NCBI GenBank assembly: GCA_950097015.1 | Contig: CATNEN010000001.1 | Location: 15,624,001-15,688,000, forward strand | Origin: Macrostomum hystrix | Taxonomy: Eukaryota; Animalia; Platyhelminthes | Reading direction: 5' to 3' | DNA: 64,000 bases | In this document: positions 50,046-62,838 of the stretch, piece after piece | How the letters are laid out: each line of letters opens with the position of its first letter | How positions within the stretch are numbered: the first letter of the stretch is position 1 | Translations under genes and position numbers: made by a program | Notes under the pieces: model-generated | Database searches by the model: none | Told to the model about the DNA's origin: nothing | What the model saw: the letters and a program-made list of their open reading frames with translations, nothing else

Positions 50046-50421
50046 GTGCTCCCTTGCAAACGAGCAGCGGAGTGAGAGGAGAGAGTTCTGAAGTTCTAAA
50101 CCCGTTTGACAATGATAAAATCTCAAACTCTAATTCCTGCTTTCTTTATGCTCACTGTGCATGCACTGTATGTGTTTTTACGTGAGGGTCTGTACTTTGT
50201 TCAATTAATGTTTCTGTCTAACTAGGACTTTTCACCAATTCTTTTCCGTGTCAAACTTCAGGGAAAATACATAAGCTAATTTATCAAAACATATCAGCGC
50301 ATCTCATTGGCAAAACTTGTGCCGCACAGGCACGGCATAGGTGACCTGCTGCAAGGTCACCATGTTGCAATACTGACTAAAATTACTATTATGTTATTAT
50401 TATTACTTCTTTCTTGGAATC

Positions 50422-50800
50422 ACAGGGTGCGGTGACAGAGAAGAGGGTGAGGTGACAGAGAAGAGGGTGAGGTGACAGAGAAGAGGGTGAGGTGACAGAG
50501 GAGAGAGTGAGGTGACAGAGAGGAGAGAGTGAGGGCACAGAGAGGAGAGAGTGAGGGCACAGAGGAGAAAGTGAGGGCACAGAGAGGAGAGAGTGAGGGC
50601 ACAGACGAGAAAGTGAGGGCACAGAGGAGAAAGTGATGGCACAGAGAGGAGAGTGAGGGCACAGAGTGGAGAAAGTGAGGGCACAGAGGAGAAAGTGAGG
50701 GCACAGAGAGGAGAGTGAGGGCACAGAGTGAAGAAAGTGAGGGCACAGAGAGGAGAAAGTGAGGGCACAGAGAGGAGAGAGTGAGCCACAGAGAAGAGAA
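50422..50800. repeat. Purine-rich ~20-bp minisatellite
   Basis: GTGAGGGCACAGAGAGGAGA(A/G)A variants. Confidence 0.95.
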
Positions 50801-51419
50801 AGTATACTACTGACATAGTCAGAGTCGATAAAATTACTAAAAAGTAAGAAAATGGTCATAACTTTTTTCTTCAAAAGACATTGAGCTCGGACCGCCTAGA
50901 ATGAATTTCCCGTCCAAAAATAGTTTAGAAAACATAGTACCTAATAGTATGGAAGCAGTAGCTAGCAATCGGCTAGGTACTTGAAATGTTTTCGCATGTA
51001 TTTCGTCAAATTTTCTAGGTGACTTTCCAGGTTAATAAGTAGAATTAGGTAGAAATCATTTGAAATCATGAAACCACAATCGTCAGATAGTACAATTATC
51101 GCTCTTAGTACAATACAACGGCAGCAAATCTATCGACGGAATTAACAACATCTGACGCTAAATCTACTGACCTACCAGACAATGTCAGTCTCATCTCTCT
51201 AGATGAAGCGGTTTTCAAATGGGGTCCACTCAAAGTCGATACCGCCCTGCCTGTCAAGGCTTGTCATTTTGACGGGGGTACCACTGACAAAAGTGATTTC
51301 GGGATGCCCCTTAACTTTGATGAATTTCGATGGGATTTGATTCCCCGTATTCTGGGATAGACGTAGAAGCGATCCCTGTCGAAATCCGGGGTCAATAAGT
51401 AAGCCTGCGGCGTCGCATC

Positions 51420-52852
51420 ACACAGACTATACTTAATTATTACTATTGTAGCCAGATTTATAAACTTGAACTGGAGCTTGTGGGCACCCATTGCCGTTTA
51501 GGAAAATTCAAGAAACCAACAATTGGTACCACGCTTGACCTCAACTACATTATTTTCGCACTACACAGACTATACTTAATTACTATTGTAGCCAGATTTA
51601 TAAACTTGAACTGGAGCTTGTGGGCACCTATTGCCGTTTAGGAAAATTCAAGAAACCAACAATTGGTGCCACGCTTGGCATCAACTACATGATTTTCGCA
51701 CTACACAAACTATACTTAATTACTATTGTAGCCCGATTTATAAACTTGAACTGGAGCTTGTGGGCACCTATTGCCGTTTAGGAAAATTCAAGAAACCAAC
51801 AATTGGTGCCACGCTTGGCATCAACTACATGATTTTCGCACTACACAGACTATACTTAATTACTATTGTATAGCCAGATTTATAAACTTGAACTGGAGCT
51901 TGTGGGCACCTATTGCCGTTTAGGAAAATTCAAGAAACCAACAATTGGTGCCACGCTTGGCCTCAACTACATGATTTTCGCACTACACAGACTATACTTA
52001 ATTACTATTGTATAGCTAGATTTATAAACTTGAACTGGAGCTTGTGGGCACCTATTGCTGTTTAGGAAAATTCAAGAAATCAACAATTGGTGCCACGCTT
52101 GGCCTCAACTACATGATTTTCGCACTACACAGACTATACTTAATTACTATTGTATAGCCAGATTTATAAACTTGAACTGGAGCTTGTGGGCACCTATTGC
52201 TGTTTAGGAAAATTCAAGAAACCAACAATTGGTGCCACGCTTGGCCTCAACTACATGATTTTCGCACTACACAGACTATACTTAATTACTATTGTATAGC
52301 CAGATTTATAAACTTGAACTGGAGCTTGTGGGCACCTATTGCCGTTTAGGAAAATTCAAGAAACCAACAATTGGTGCCACGCTTGGCCTCAACTACATGA
52401 TTTTCGCACTACACAGACTATACTTAATTACTATTGTAGCCAGATTTATAAACTTGAACTGGAGCTTGTGGGCACCTATTGCCGTTTAGGAAAATTCAAG
52501 AAACCAACAATTGGTGCCACGCTTGGCATCAACTACATGATTTTCGCACTACACAGACTATACTTAATTACTATTGTATAGCCAGATTTATTAACTTGAA
52601 CTGGAGCTTGTGGGCACCTATTGCCGTTTAGGAAAATTCAAGAAACCAACAATTGGTGCCACGCTTGGCCTTAACTGCATGCGTTTCGCAGCCAGTTTCC
52701 CAGTTTCCCCAGTTTCTTCAGTTTCCATGGAGAGACCTGGCGTATATTGTTGTTGTTGTTGTTGTTTCGCAGCACACAGACTACTTAATTATTACTATTG
52801 TAGCCAGAGTTATAAACTTGAACTGGAGCTTGTGGGCACCTATTGCCGTTTG
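51420..52852. repeat. ~141-bp satellite, ~9 copies plus a partial
   Basis: CACAGACTATACTTAATTACTATTGTAGCCAGATTTATAAACTTGAACTGGAGCTTGTGGGCACC... Confidence 0.97.
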
Positions 52853-53386
52853 CATGCACTTGTCACCACTGTCTGCTGTTGTTTGTGTCTCATGCTTGGT
52901 TTGCGTGCCACTGGGTTGGGCCGTCTGTCTGGGATCCCCGAAATCCCCAGTCCCAGGGTCTGGAAATTAATTAGACTGCATGAACGCATATATAAGGAGC
53001 CGCGATATCAGACTGGTTCTTTACTGTGTGTTTCAATTCTGGCCTTACTTCTGCCTTTGAGTTATTACAACTTACTTAAGAAGCCGTTTACAAATTATCA
53101 GTAAGATATATACATGTAGCTTGTGGATGCACAGCACGATTTTGTGAATGTCACACGGATATGACATCCCTCAGAGAAACGGAAATTAAAGGGAACCATT
53201 CGTCATGAACATATATATACTCATCTATGAGCAAAATGAGGTGTGCTACGAAGCCAATAATGAGGTAAGTCAGAGTTTAACGAACACTGACCATGTCAAA
53301 ATAATAAATATATATGTGTGTATCTGGCTTAACCTAAAGTCAGTACCTATTTTTTCAAGACCTTTTGTACATTATAGTATGACTAC

Positions 53387-53455
53387 TAGCAAGTTTTGCC
53401 CCCCTTCAGGGAGCAGAAATAATTTTAATTCGTTCAGTATATACTTTTTAGCAGC
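53387..53455 (-). mobile_element. Third Helitron-like 3' terminus
   Basis: A|CTAGCAAGTTTTGCCCCCCTTCAGGGAGCAGAAATAATT, homologous to 15789. Confidence 0.65.
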
Positions 53456-53483
53456 TGTATAATTTTCAGCTTTTTTAAAACTA

Positions 53484-53942
53484 CAATGATCCCCCAGTTG
53501 ACAATGATCCCCCGGTTAAACACAATCCCCCCAGTTGACAATGATCCCCCAGTTGACAATGATCCCCCAGTTGACAATGATCACCCAGTTGACAATGATC
53601 CCCCAGTTGACCACGATCCCCCAGTTGACAATGATCCTCCATTTGATGACTACCCATTGATGATGATCCCCAGTTGACAATGATCCTCCATTTGATGACT
53701 ACCAATTGATGATGATCCCCAGTTGACAATTGATCCCCCAGTTGACACTCTGGGGGGAACTCTGGTTGGCTATGATTCAAGCTCTGGTTTAGCCATGATT
53801 CAAACTCTGGTTTAGCCATGATTCAAACTCTGGTTTAGCCATGATTCAAACTCTGGTTTAGCCATGATTCAAACGATGGTTTAGCCATGATTCAAACGAT
53901 GGTTTAGCCATGATTCAAACGATGCCATTAGCCATTATTCAC
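53484..53942. repeat. 18-bp and 22-bp minisatellites
   Basis: GACAATGATCCCCCAGTT (53484-53745); TGGTTTAGCCATGATTCAAACTC-type units (53760-53940). Confidence 0.93.
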
Positions 53943-56791
53943 TGATATTTTACATTTTTATGACATGCTTTAACTCACAAAAGAAGGTAAATGCTAGAAA
54001 AAGAGCTGCCGCACACGTGCTGAGCGTATAATGTTGTTGTAGTCCTTTACAAAGTACGTTGCAGTCTTGTAGCTTGTGGATGCACAGCACGTTTTGTGAA
54101 TGTCACACAGATATGACATCCCTCCGAGAAACGGAAATTAAAGGGAAGCATTCGTCGTGAACTTATTTTCAGAATTTTCTCATTTACACGTTGCATGAGT
54201 AGTTGCTTAACTTTATACTCGCAATCAGGCAATCGCAGTCGCTTTCTGTTATTTTTGTAATTAAAAAACACAAAAACACAATAAAAAGCACAGATAAGCA
54301 AGAGTTCGAGCAGATAAGCAAAAAAGGCATTCGACAGGGTGACGGAAAAATATCTCGTTTATAAGGTGAGCGGCATGTTGAATCAAAGGCTCATAGGCTC
54401 ATAGATTCGTAGCAGAAGCCGTAGCAGGAATCGTAGCCAGAATCGCAGCACAGCAGTACAAGAATGAGCACAGATAAGCAATAATGAGCACAGATTAAGC
54501 AGGAGCACATACAAAAGTGGGCGCAACAAGAGAAAGATTCAGTCTTGCGAGACAGCTTGCCACCTGTCTCACTGAGGTCAGTCCAGGGTTTGCACTTTCT
54601 CAACACGCAAGTCAGGCGTCGGTGAGGCAGGTCTGCGGATCCAATATCGGCAGCACGGGTGTCACCTGGCCCTGCTTCCGTCTGCTGGTGGCGCCACCGC
54701 CGCCTCCGCCACCGAAGCCGCCAACCCAGGCAGCAGACGTCCAGGCCCATTCGCTTGACCTCCGGTTTCGAGCGCAGCTCCGTGATCAGGTTGGTCTGCA
54801 GCAGCTCCTGTAGCAGGTCCTGACGGGACAAGCCTGGAGCTGATGGATTGTACAAGTTGACAACCAAGTTTGAGAGCCCGTTGATGCGTCTGATGAAGGC
54901 CATACGTGTCGGTAGGCCTGTTTGAGTAGGGCAGGTGAGTACGGCCTTGATGTCTAACAGGTACCATGCCAAGCAGAACAGGTGAACACTGTGTCTAACA
55001 GAACAGGTGATCACAGACTCTCTGTCTAACAGGTGACACTCTTTGTCTAACAGGTGACGCTATTGGTCTAACAGGTATTTCTAACAGAAATAAATTCCAG
55101 AATGACAGATTTGGAATGACAAATGAATTCTAGAATTATAAGTGATGGACAGATTGAAACAGGACTTGATCTTCATTCATATTCACATTAGAAAATGTCA
55201 AATAACTCACTGGAAATGCAGGCGCATCACTGTTCTAGACCACAGGTCGAAGAATGAGGTAGCCATGTGGCTAGTGCACTAGGCAGAATTGCACAACAAG
55301 AGTCAGCAGCTGCTGTCAGACACAGGTTAATCCTGGAATGGTGCAGGCTTTAGCACAACGTATTATTAATGTCAAATCAAAGTGAATGAAGTACTGCGAT
55401 AAAATGACTCCGTAGCTTCGCTGTTAGCAAAGGAAAGAATATAGAAGGCAACAAAATTATCCAAAAATAGGCCTCCGGGCCCTCTTTATTTATTTGCGCA
55501 CGGCAAGGCCCATCAGACTTACTGTGTAGCTAAGATGCATTTCTCATGCGTACTTCCTATAAAATCTGATGGACACAACATCTCAGCTCTCAGAATTATT
55601 ATTCTGTAGAACCTACACGGCGTTGAAAAAAAGCGTTGATTACATGCCTATACTTATATTAAAGGATATATTGACTTACAAAAGACATAACTGCAATCTT
55701 AAAAACTTTCGATGCGATCATGACTTGGTTTGAAAAAGGCTCAGTCAAAACCATGAATTACAAAAAATATGCATAATTGAAGGTTACATAAAATAATATG
55801 CACGGATTTTTGTGACATTGGAAAGTAAAATAAACATTTCTCCCTATGTTCAAATAGCGGACCCTAAGCGCGCTGTTCAATACGTTGAAGTTCCAGTACC
55901 TTGCAGCCCTGTCTTATCGCTTGTCTTTATTGATGCCTATTTGAGTATCCAGAAGCCTAAGATTGGCCGACCGCAGGCGTCGCAGGCGTCTGCCTCTGCG
56001 CGGCGGCGGCGGCGGCGGCGGAGGCGGCGGAGCATCCATTCTGCAATAATGCATTAAATGCAATTTAAAATTAGGAGGAAATTTCAATTAGGAAAATAGA
56101 ATTCCAACTTAAAAGCAAGATTAAAGGAATTATTTCGAAAACTATAATGATGATAGGGAGGCAATAAAAGTTGACGGTTTCCCCGAGCGAAAATTTTTTA
56201 ATAAGTGAGCAATAACAATAATGTGTTGTAAAGCATGCTCTGTGGAAAAGTTGGCTCATTTAAATGAGCATCGGAAAGTCAGAATTAAAATGAGATTTTA
56301 TACGACCGAGCCACAACAGTTACGTTATGAAACGACTTGCTTTCTAGGAAGGATGGTTTCTACACGGTATCTTATGAGGGACCATTTAAATTAACGTTTC
56401 GCGTTCAATTTCTATGAAGACAAGGGTACGTCAAGTTATAAATTGCTTGTCTCTCAGTATAAAAGCGAGGCATAATGTGAAAGCGGAGAATATTGAAATT
56501 TAGCAGAATACAATATGCAGTAATGTGCAGAGCTGGGCAAGTGTTACTGCTAATCACAGGCTTGGGGAGGCAGTATGAGTCTGTTGTTTGTTTTATGTTT
56601 GACTTGCACATTCGAAGTGTTTAACTCAAACAATATGAATCTACTGCTCTCAACCCAGTGCCACTGTCCTAACTTGTCAGCTCGGCTCATAGCTAATGTG
56701 TCCTGCTATGATCATCACTTCATCACTAAATGAATGCACCCACATTCCATTTATGTATTAAAATGTAGACCTCTAAGAGTATAAAGTTTCA

Positions 56792-56840
56792 TCTATATAT
56801 ATAAAAGTGAAAACTCTGTGTGTGTGTGTGTGTGTGTGTA
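56792..56840 (+). mobile_element. Helitron-like 5' head fragment
   Basis: A|TCTATATATATAAAAGTGAAAACTC(TG)n, same as 41975. Confidence 0.55.
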
Positions 56841-57445
56841 AATAGTGAGCTATCCAAGCCTTTTTTACATAGGCTACAGAGTTTATGCTTATCTTAACAA
56901 GTCTTAATACTAGAATAAAAAACCTGTATATTGGGTCTATTAGTCTATATGCATAGCTTATTGGCTGGCAACTTGTCATAATTGTATAGAAACAATGAAT
57001 TATTCTAAATGAAATTGGGACCCAGGAATATAAATTCTTATTAAGATTTCCAAGCAACTACTGGGATATGGGATCTATGAGCTGGGAGCCTAGGATCAAG
57101 GACTAGTGTTGCCCCTAAAAAAAAACCATTTTTAATAAAAGAAACGAAATAATGATGTTTAGTTGTTCCTTGGTCTTTAATAAAGAGGAGAGTTAGGGAG
57201 AATGCGATGAGAATATGTTCTTCTCAGAGTTCTTCTGTTTTTCTCAATCTCAGATAGTCTTTGCAAAGCTCAACGTTATAAAAATAAAGATGTACTGAAG
57301 TTTATTAGATTCGATAAACAATTTTCTTTCTTAGTAGAATCAACAAGTCCACTGTCTAATGACAAAATAGTTTGAGAGTCGAGACTGAACGAGCGTCTTT
57401 GTTCTGGTCTTGTGTTAAATAAACTCTTGCCCACCGGCCGCGCAG

Positions 57446-60400
57446 AACTCAGGACGCAGCTACGCCGCCGGCAGACATCAGCATGGCCCTAGTCGCAAAA
57501 ACACCATCCGCTGTCAGGATATCGCCGGATGCGTCTACTGCGACCAGAGCGGTCACAATGCGTCTCGCTGTGACCGTGTCACCCAGCCCGAGGACCGATT
57601 CAGTGCTGTCCGACGGAAGAAACTGTGTTTCAATTGCCTTGGGGATCACGAGGCACGGCATTGCCCCTCTTCCAGCCGGTGCCGCAAGTGCGGCTCCAAG
57701 CACCATACCTCTCTTCATGGCGCTTACCCGAGGGAACCCGCCATCCAAACTGGAGCAGGCCCCTCGGCGCACTCGCGAAGGCCGCATCAGCCGATAGTCA
57801 ATTCGCATCTCAGTGACACCTCCCCCCTTGTGGAATCGACGGAGGATTCATCCGGCCCTGTTAACGCCATCTCCTGCGTCTCGTCCGCGCAGGATAGCCT
57901 CCTTCAGCCCGTAGTGATGGCCACCTTCTCTGCTCCAGCTGTGAACCCGGCAACTGGGGATTCGGCTCCGATCACGGCCCTTATCGATGGCGGTTGCAGC
58001 TACACCTACCTTCGAGGCGACATAGCCCGGCGAATCGGCCTCCAGTCCCTCGGTACAATCAGCCTCGACAGCTCTTCGTGTCATGCCGAATCTCGCCGTC
58101 GCGTGCACGCCAACATTGTTCGCCTGGAATTAGCCACACTGGATGGTCGACGCATGCCGCTGAAGGTGCTCTCAGTCGAGAGGATTGCTCCAGCCATTCA
58201 CTTACAGGCGCTACAGCTTCCGAAAGATATTCTAACAACCCTCGCCCATCTGCCTCTTGGGATTGCCAATGCACCCCCGATGGTGGACAAGGAGGTGGAC
58301 CTGGATCTGCTGATTGGAAATGATTATGCACAGTTACTCGTAGGCCCGAGCGTTGGTGCAATACCCCTACGTCGCAGCTTCACCGCTCACCTGACCCCGT
58401 TTGGAGCTGTCCTTACCGGCTCCCTCACAGGAACCTCGGACACCCATGCCATCTGCACCCGGGCCACCGAACTCCTCTGTACCGGGCGCCTCATCGTCAA
58501 CTCACTCCACGGCTTGACAGAGCAACCTGTCCCGGACAACCTGTCCCATCTGGAGCTACTTGTAGATAGGATGACCAGTCTCGAGATCCTCGGTCTGGGT
58601 CCAAACACAGAACGGACCACGCAAAGCGAAGATCTCCAGACCAAGCGCCTTCTGGATTCTGCCACTCGGGAACCCGATGGCCGTTTCTCAGTCGCTCTCC
58701 CCTTCAAGCCAGGAGCCGAGCAGCTTCCTTCGAATTTCGGCCAAGCCTATGGCCGTGCTCGCGCAGTTCACAACCGCCTGGATCTCTTGCAACGCATGAA
58801 GTACTACGCTGAGTTCGAGAAACGTAAAACCGAGGGCGTACTCGAGATCGTCGACAGTCGGTCGCCACCTGGACCGATCGTTCACGTCCTACCTCACTTC
58901 CCGGTGATAAAGGAATCAAGTAACACAACAAAAATACGACCCGTCGTTGACGCCTCCGCTCCGACATCCCTTGGAGGCAGCTGCTTGAATGACCTCCTGG
59001 AGACTGGACCAAACCTCCTAACCGACCTTCTCCAGGTCCAGCTCCGTCTACGAGTCTACGAATACGCCTGCGTCAGCGACATCCAGTCTGCATTCTATCA
59101 GATAATGGTACACCCCGGGTGTCGAGACGCTCTACGCATCATCCTGCCGAGAGACATCGCCAAGCCACTCGACCAAGACAGCATGCAGCTTTGGCGCTTC
59201 ACGCGGATCGTAATGGGCGCCAGCCCATCACCCTGGATCCTTCTCACGGTGATCCACAAACTCTGCGCCGACGCCATCGCCGGTGGAACCCACCGTTTCG
59301 GACTCCACAAGGGCGAGGTTGAATCTATCCCTTCTGGGCTCTACATGGATAACCTCGTGCAAGGCTACGATTGCAAGACCGAGGGCCCTCGTTTCGTCGC
59401 TGGACTGCGGGCTCTATTCCACTCGGGGCAGTTCCACCTCCGGGAGTTCGCAGCAAACGACTCACAGGCTCTTCAGGGCCTCCCTGAGGAAGATCGCGTT
59501 GAGAACCCAGTCGTCAGAAACCTCGGTATCGTCTGGGACACCGTCAATGACACCATCCGACTTGCCATGCCTACGATTTCATGCGGCATCACGCTTACTC
59601 GCGCCAGCTTACTGAGCGTCATCTCCCGCCCCTACGATCCATTTGGATACGTTGCCCCCCTCGTTCTGGCGGGCCGACTTCTCTACAGGGCGGCATTCAA
59701 GCCTAACGATGCCTGGGACACTCTGGCCGATCCTGCCACCGTTGACGCTTGGTCCAGGCTCCGTTCAGACTTCGTTGACATCGACCGCATTGTCATACCT
59801 CGTCGCTGCGTCACGAAGCGCACTGTTCCCAGTCGCCTGGTCATCTTCAGTGATGGTTCATCACAGGCGTATGGCTTCACCGTCTATCTGCACCACACTC
59901 ACGATGGTCGAGTGACCACCACCCTCATCTACGCGAGAGCACGTCTCGTCCCAACTGGCAAGAAAGGCCTACTAATTACCGTTCCGCGCATCGAACTCTG
60001 GGCCGCTCTTATCGCTACCCGCGCGACCCTTCTCTTACGAGATATCCTTACTCCAATGCTAGAGATCAGCGGTATAACCCACTTTATCGACAGCCAGATT
60101 GTCCTTTACTGGCTCATGGACGGTGCCAAGCTCCGTCCCTACGAGTGCCACCGCGTCCAGGAGATACGCAACTCCGGGTTGACAGAGGACCGCCGCTACG
60201 TTCCCACTGCCGAGAATCCGGCCGACCATTGTACCAGGCCCCTAACACTGACCCAGCTTATCGCGTCGAACTTCTACACCGGTCCCGAGTTTATTCAACG
60301 GCCTTACCATACGTGGACCTCCTGGCCGCTCCCCGGTCAGTCCGTCAACCCACCAGAGGAAACTCGGCGTAAAGATAAGCCGTCTATTTCGCTTCTGCAC

Positions 60401-62098
60401 GCTACCAAAGGCGTTGCTGAGCCCCCACCTGGAGACATGGATATCACTCGTTTCGGATGCCTCAACACCCTGCTCGGTGCAACCGCATATGTCGTCCGCT
60501 TCGTCACGAGGGACAGGACCCGCGGAGTCCCAGGCTTAAACGCGCGCAACGCCGCCCTCCTTCTCTGGGTCCGGTACACACAGCGTTTACATTACCTCAA
60601 GGACATGATCGCTCTTCAATCGGGCAACCCTGGGAATTGTCGGCTGGTGAATCAGCTTGCCTTGTATCTTGATACCGACGGTTTCGTCCGCTTGAGCTCA
60701 CGCATGGCCAACGCCAATTTGGACGCTGATGCACTGCACCCGTTGCTCCTGCCCTCGAGGAGTCACCTCAGTTATCTATTGATCCGACATATCCACGAGC
60801 AGGAGGTACACGCGACTGCCTCCACAGTTCTTAGTCGACTGAGGGAGCGCTTCTGGATTGTCCGTGGCCTTGCCACTGTGCGCAACGCTCTACGTGGCTG
60901 CCTTGTTTGCCGCGCCTCCAAAGCGCCACCCATGACTCGCCCACATCATGGTCAGCTGCCACCTGAACGTTTGGACTTCACGCAGCCCGCTTTCCGCTCA
61001 ATTCTCATCGATCAGTTAGGACCGATATATACATGGGCGTCCACGACAAGGACGTCAGCCAAGCGCTGGGTCCTCATCCTCTCCTGCGCGACCAGTCGTG
61101 CTGTGCACCTAGAACCTCTGACGGACTACTCCGCGGACGCGGTGCTCCACGCGTTTGAGAGATTTTGGGCCCGGCGAGGCCTCACGGAAGGTACAATCTT
61201 CCTCGATCAGGCGACGGCATTCCAGGCCACCGCCAAGCTGGTAGATACCCTCCTGGCGCCGACGTTCCAGCACAAGATCTTCACGGATCTTCAACCTTTT
61301 GCCACCACCCGTAGACTCCGTTTCAAGTTCGCACCGGTCCGTTCCCCTTGGCACCAGGGTGCGGTGGAAAGGCTTGTCGCTCTTACCAAAGCCAGCCTAC
61401 GGCCGGCACTCTGGCGTCGTCGGATCGATGACGATGAACTGCGGACTCTACTCTGCAGGGTTGAAGCCGTACTCAACACACGCCCCCTCACGGCTCTCAG
61501 CAACGACCCAAGGGATATGCGCCCACTGACACCGGCACATCTTATAGCCCCAAACGTCTGCCTCGACCTGCCAGCCGCTTCAGAGAGTCTCCTACCACCG
61601 GCGGACTCGTCAACCGGCAACGTACTACGGGCGCTCTACTACCGCAGGGAACAGATTATCGACGCCTTTTGGGATCGCTGGCGCCGCGAATACCTCCAGC
61701 ATCTGCGATCAATCCATCTGGCAGAACGACGACGCAATCCAGGGGTAACCCAGCAGCCTCGTCAGGATCAACTCTGCCTTCTCGTTGAGAGCACACCTCG
61801 TGCCAGTTGGAAGACTTGTCGCATCCTAGCCCTGCACCCGGATGCACAAGGCGTCGTGCGCTACGTCACAATCCGCACCAGTGCCGGTTACGAATCCCGG
61901 CGTCCTGTCGAGCATCTCGTCCCGCTGGAGGCCGAAGTTGTGGAGCCGGATCCAGAAATCGGCGCCAGGGCGAAGACCCAGGACAGCTCACCGCAGTCGC
62001 CAACGGCAACTAATGTCACGGCTGTACCGACTTCGGTCCGCTCTCTTCGCGCCCGTAAGCGGCAGGGAGTCCGAGACGCCCTGTTTGACATTCCCTGA
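57446..62098 (+). mobile_element. BEL/Pao LTR retrotransposon gag(C-term)-pol, 5'-truncated
   Basis: Upstream of 57830 and in the same frame: CVYCDQSGHNASRC and LCFNCLGDHEARHC..CRKCGSKHHTSLH. Then protease LIDGGCS, RT KIRPVVDAS/SDIQSAF/YMDN, Pao RNase H FSDGS/VPRIEL, and integrase HHCC + GAVERLV. Confidence 0.95.
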
Positions 62099-62218
62099 GT
62101 GTTACTTCGTGCACTATGAACCTAGAGTTTACCTCAAAGAGACTAAAACTGATGTTCTATCTTCCGCTTCCTAATTTCCTACGCCGTATCCTAGCCATCC
62201 GTACAGCCCCCCCCAATC

Positions 62219-62472
62219 TGTCGGATTCATCTGGCAATCCTCCACGTTAATTCAAGCTTGCCCTACTGCGCTAAATTTAGCTCCTTGTTACACCTTGTTT
62301 ACCCATAGACACCCCCAGCCTCAACTGTACTCTTAAATTAAATACAAAGTCGCCCAGCCGTTCCCCAAAAGAAACTACACACACGCATGTTCGTTCTAGC
62401 AACTTAAGCTTAACATAAAGCCTTTGTCTCAGTCAGTTGACGACAAGGGTGATCCTGCAGAACGATACGACA
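62219..62472 (+). mobile_element. Putative 3' LTR of the BEL/Pao element (~254 bp)
   Basis: TGTCG...CGACA inverted termini, following a C-run 120 bp after the pol stop. Confidence 0.6.
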
Positions 62473-62838
62473 ACAACGTCGTAGTTTATGGTCATTCCGG
62501 ACCGCGAATGATTGTGTCTTGACTGGTGGCAATGTTGTTGGTGTGAGTTGTGGTGTGATGTGCGTGAGTTGTGGTGTGAGTTGGTTCGACTTTAAAGTGC
62601 ATTACCCAGCAACGCTGGTTTTCCCTTTTCCCGCAGGAGACCGTCGGCCTGCTAATGCCCTTCAGTGCTGGCTACCCAGCCATTGAATTAGGTCGGAGAC
62701 CTGGCAGGAGCGCGGTTTGACTTGGTACCGGCGGTACCTGATTGGTGGGCGGACTAATCGTTCTGATCTAGTCCTGACCTTAACTGCAGGTACTGGTGGT
62801 TCGGACACAGCCGATTCAGAAGTTTCTTCCACCAACTC

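Noticed and set aside
43830-50362. CAGCAGGTC / GACCTGCTG as KDZ TIRs
   Set aside because: Only a 9-bp match, with no extension and no TSD.
54391-55014. 207-aa minus ORF as a gene
   Set aside because: No recognisable domain; partly GCC-repeat and low-complexity sequence.
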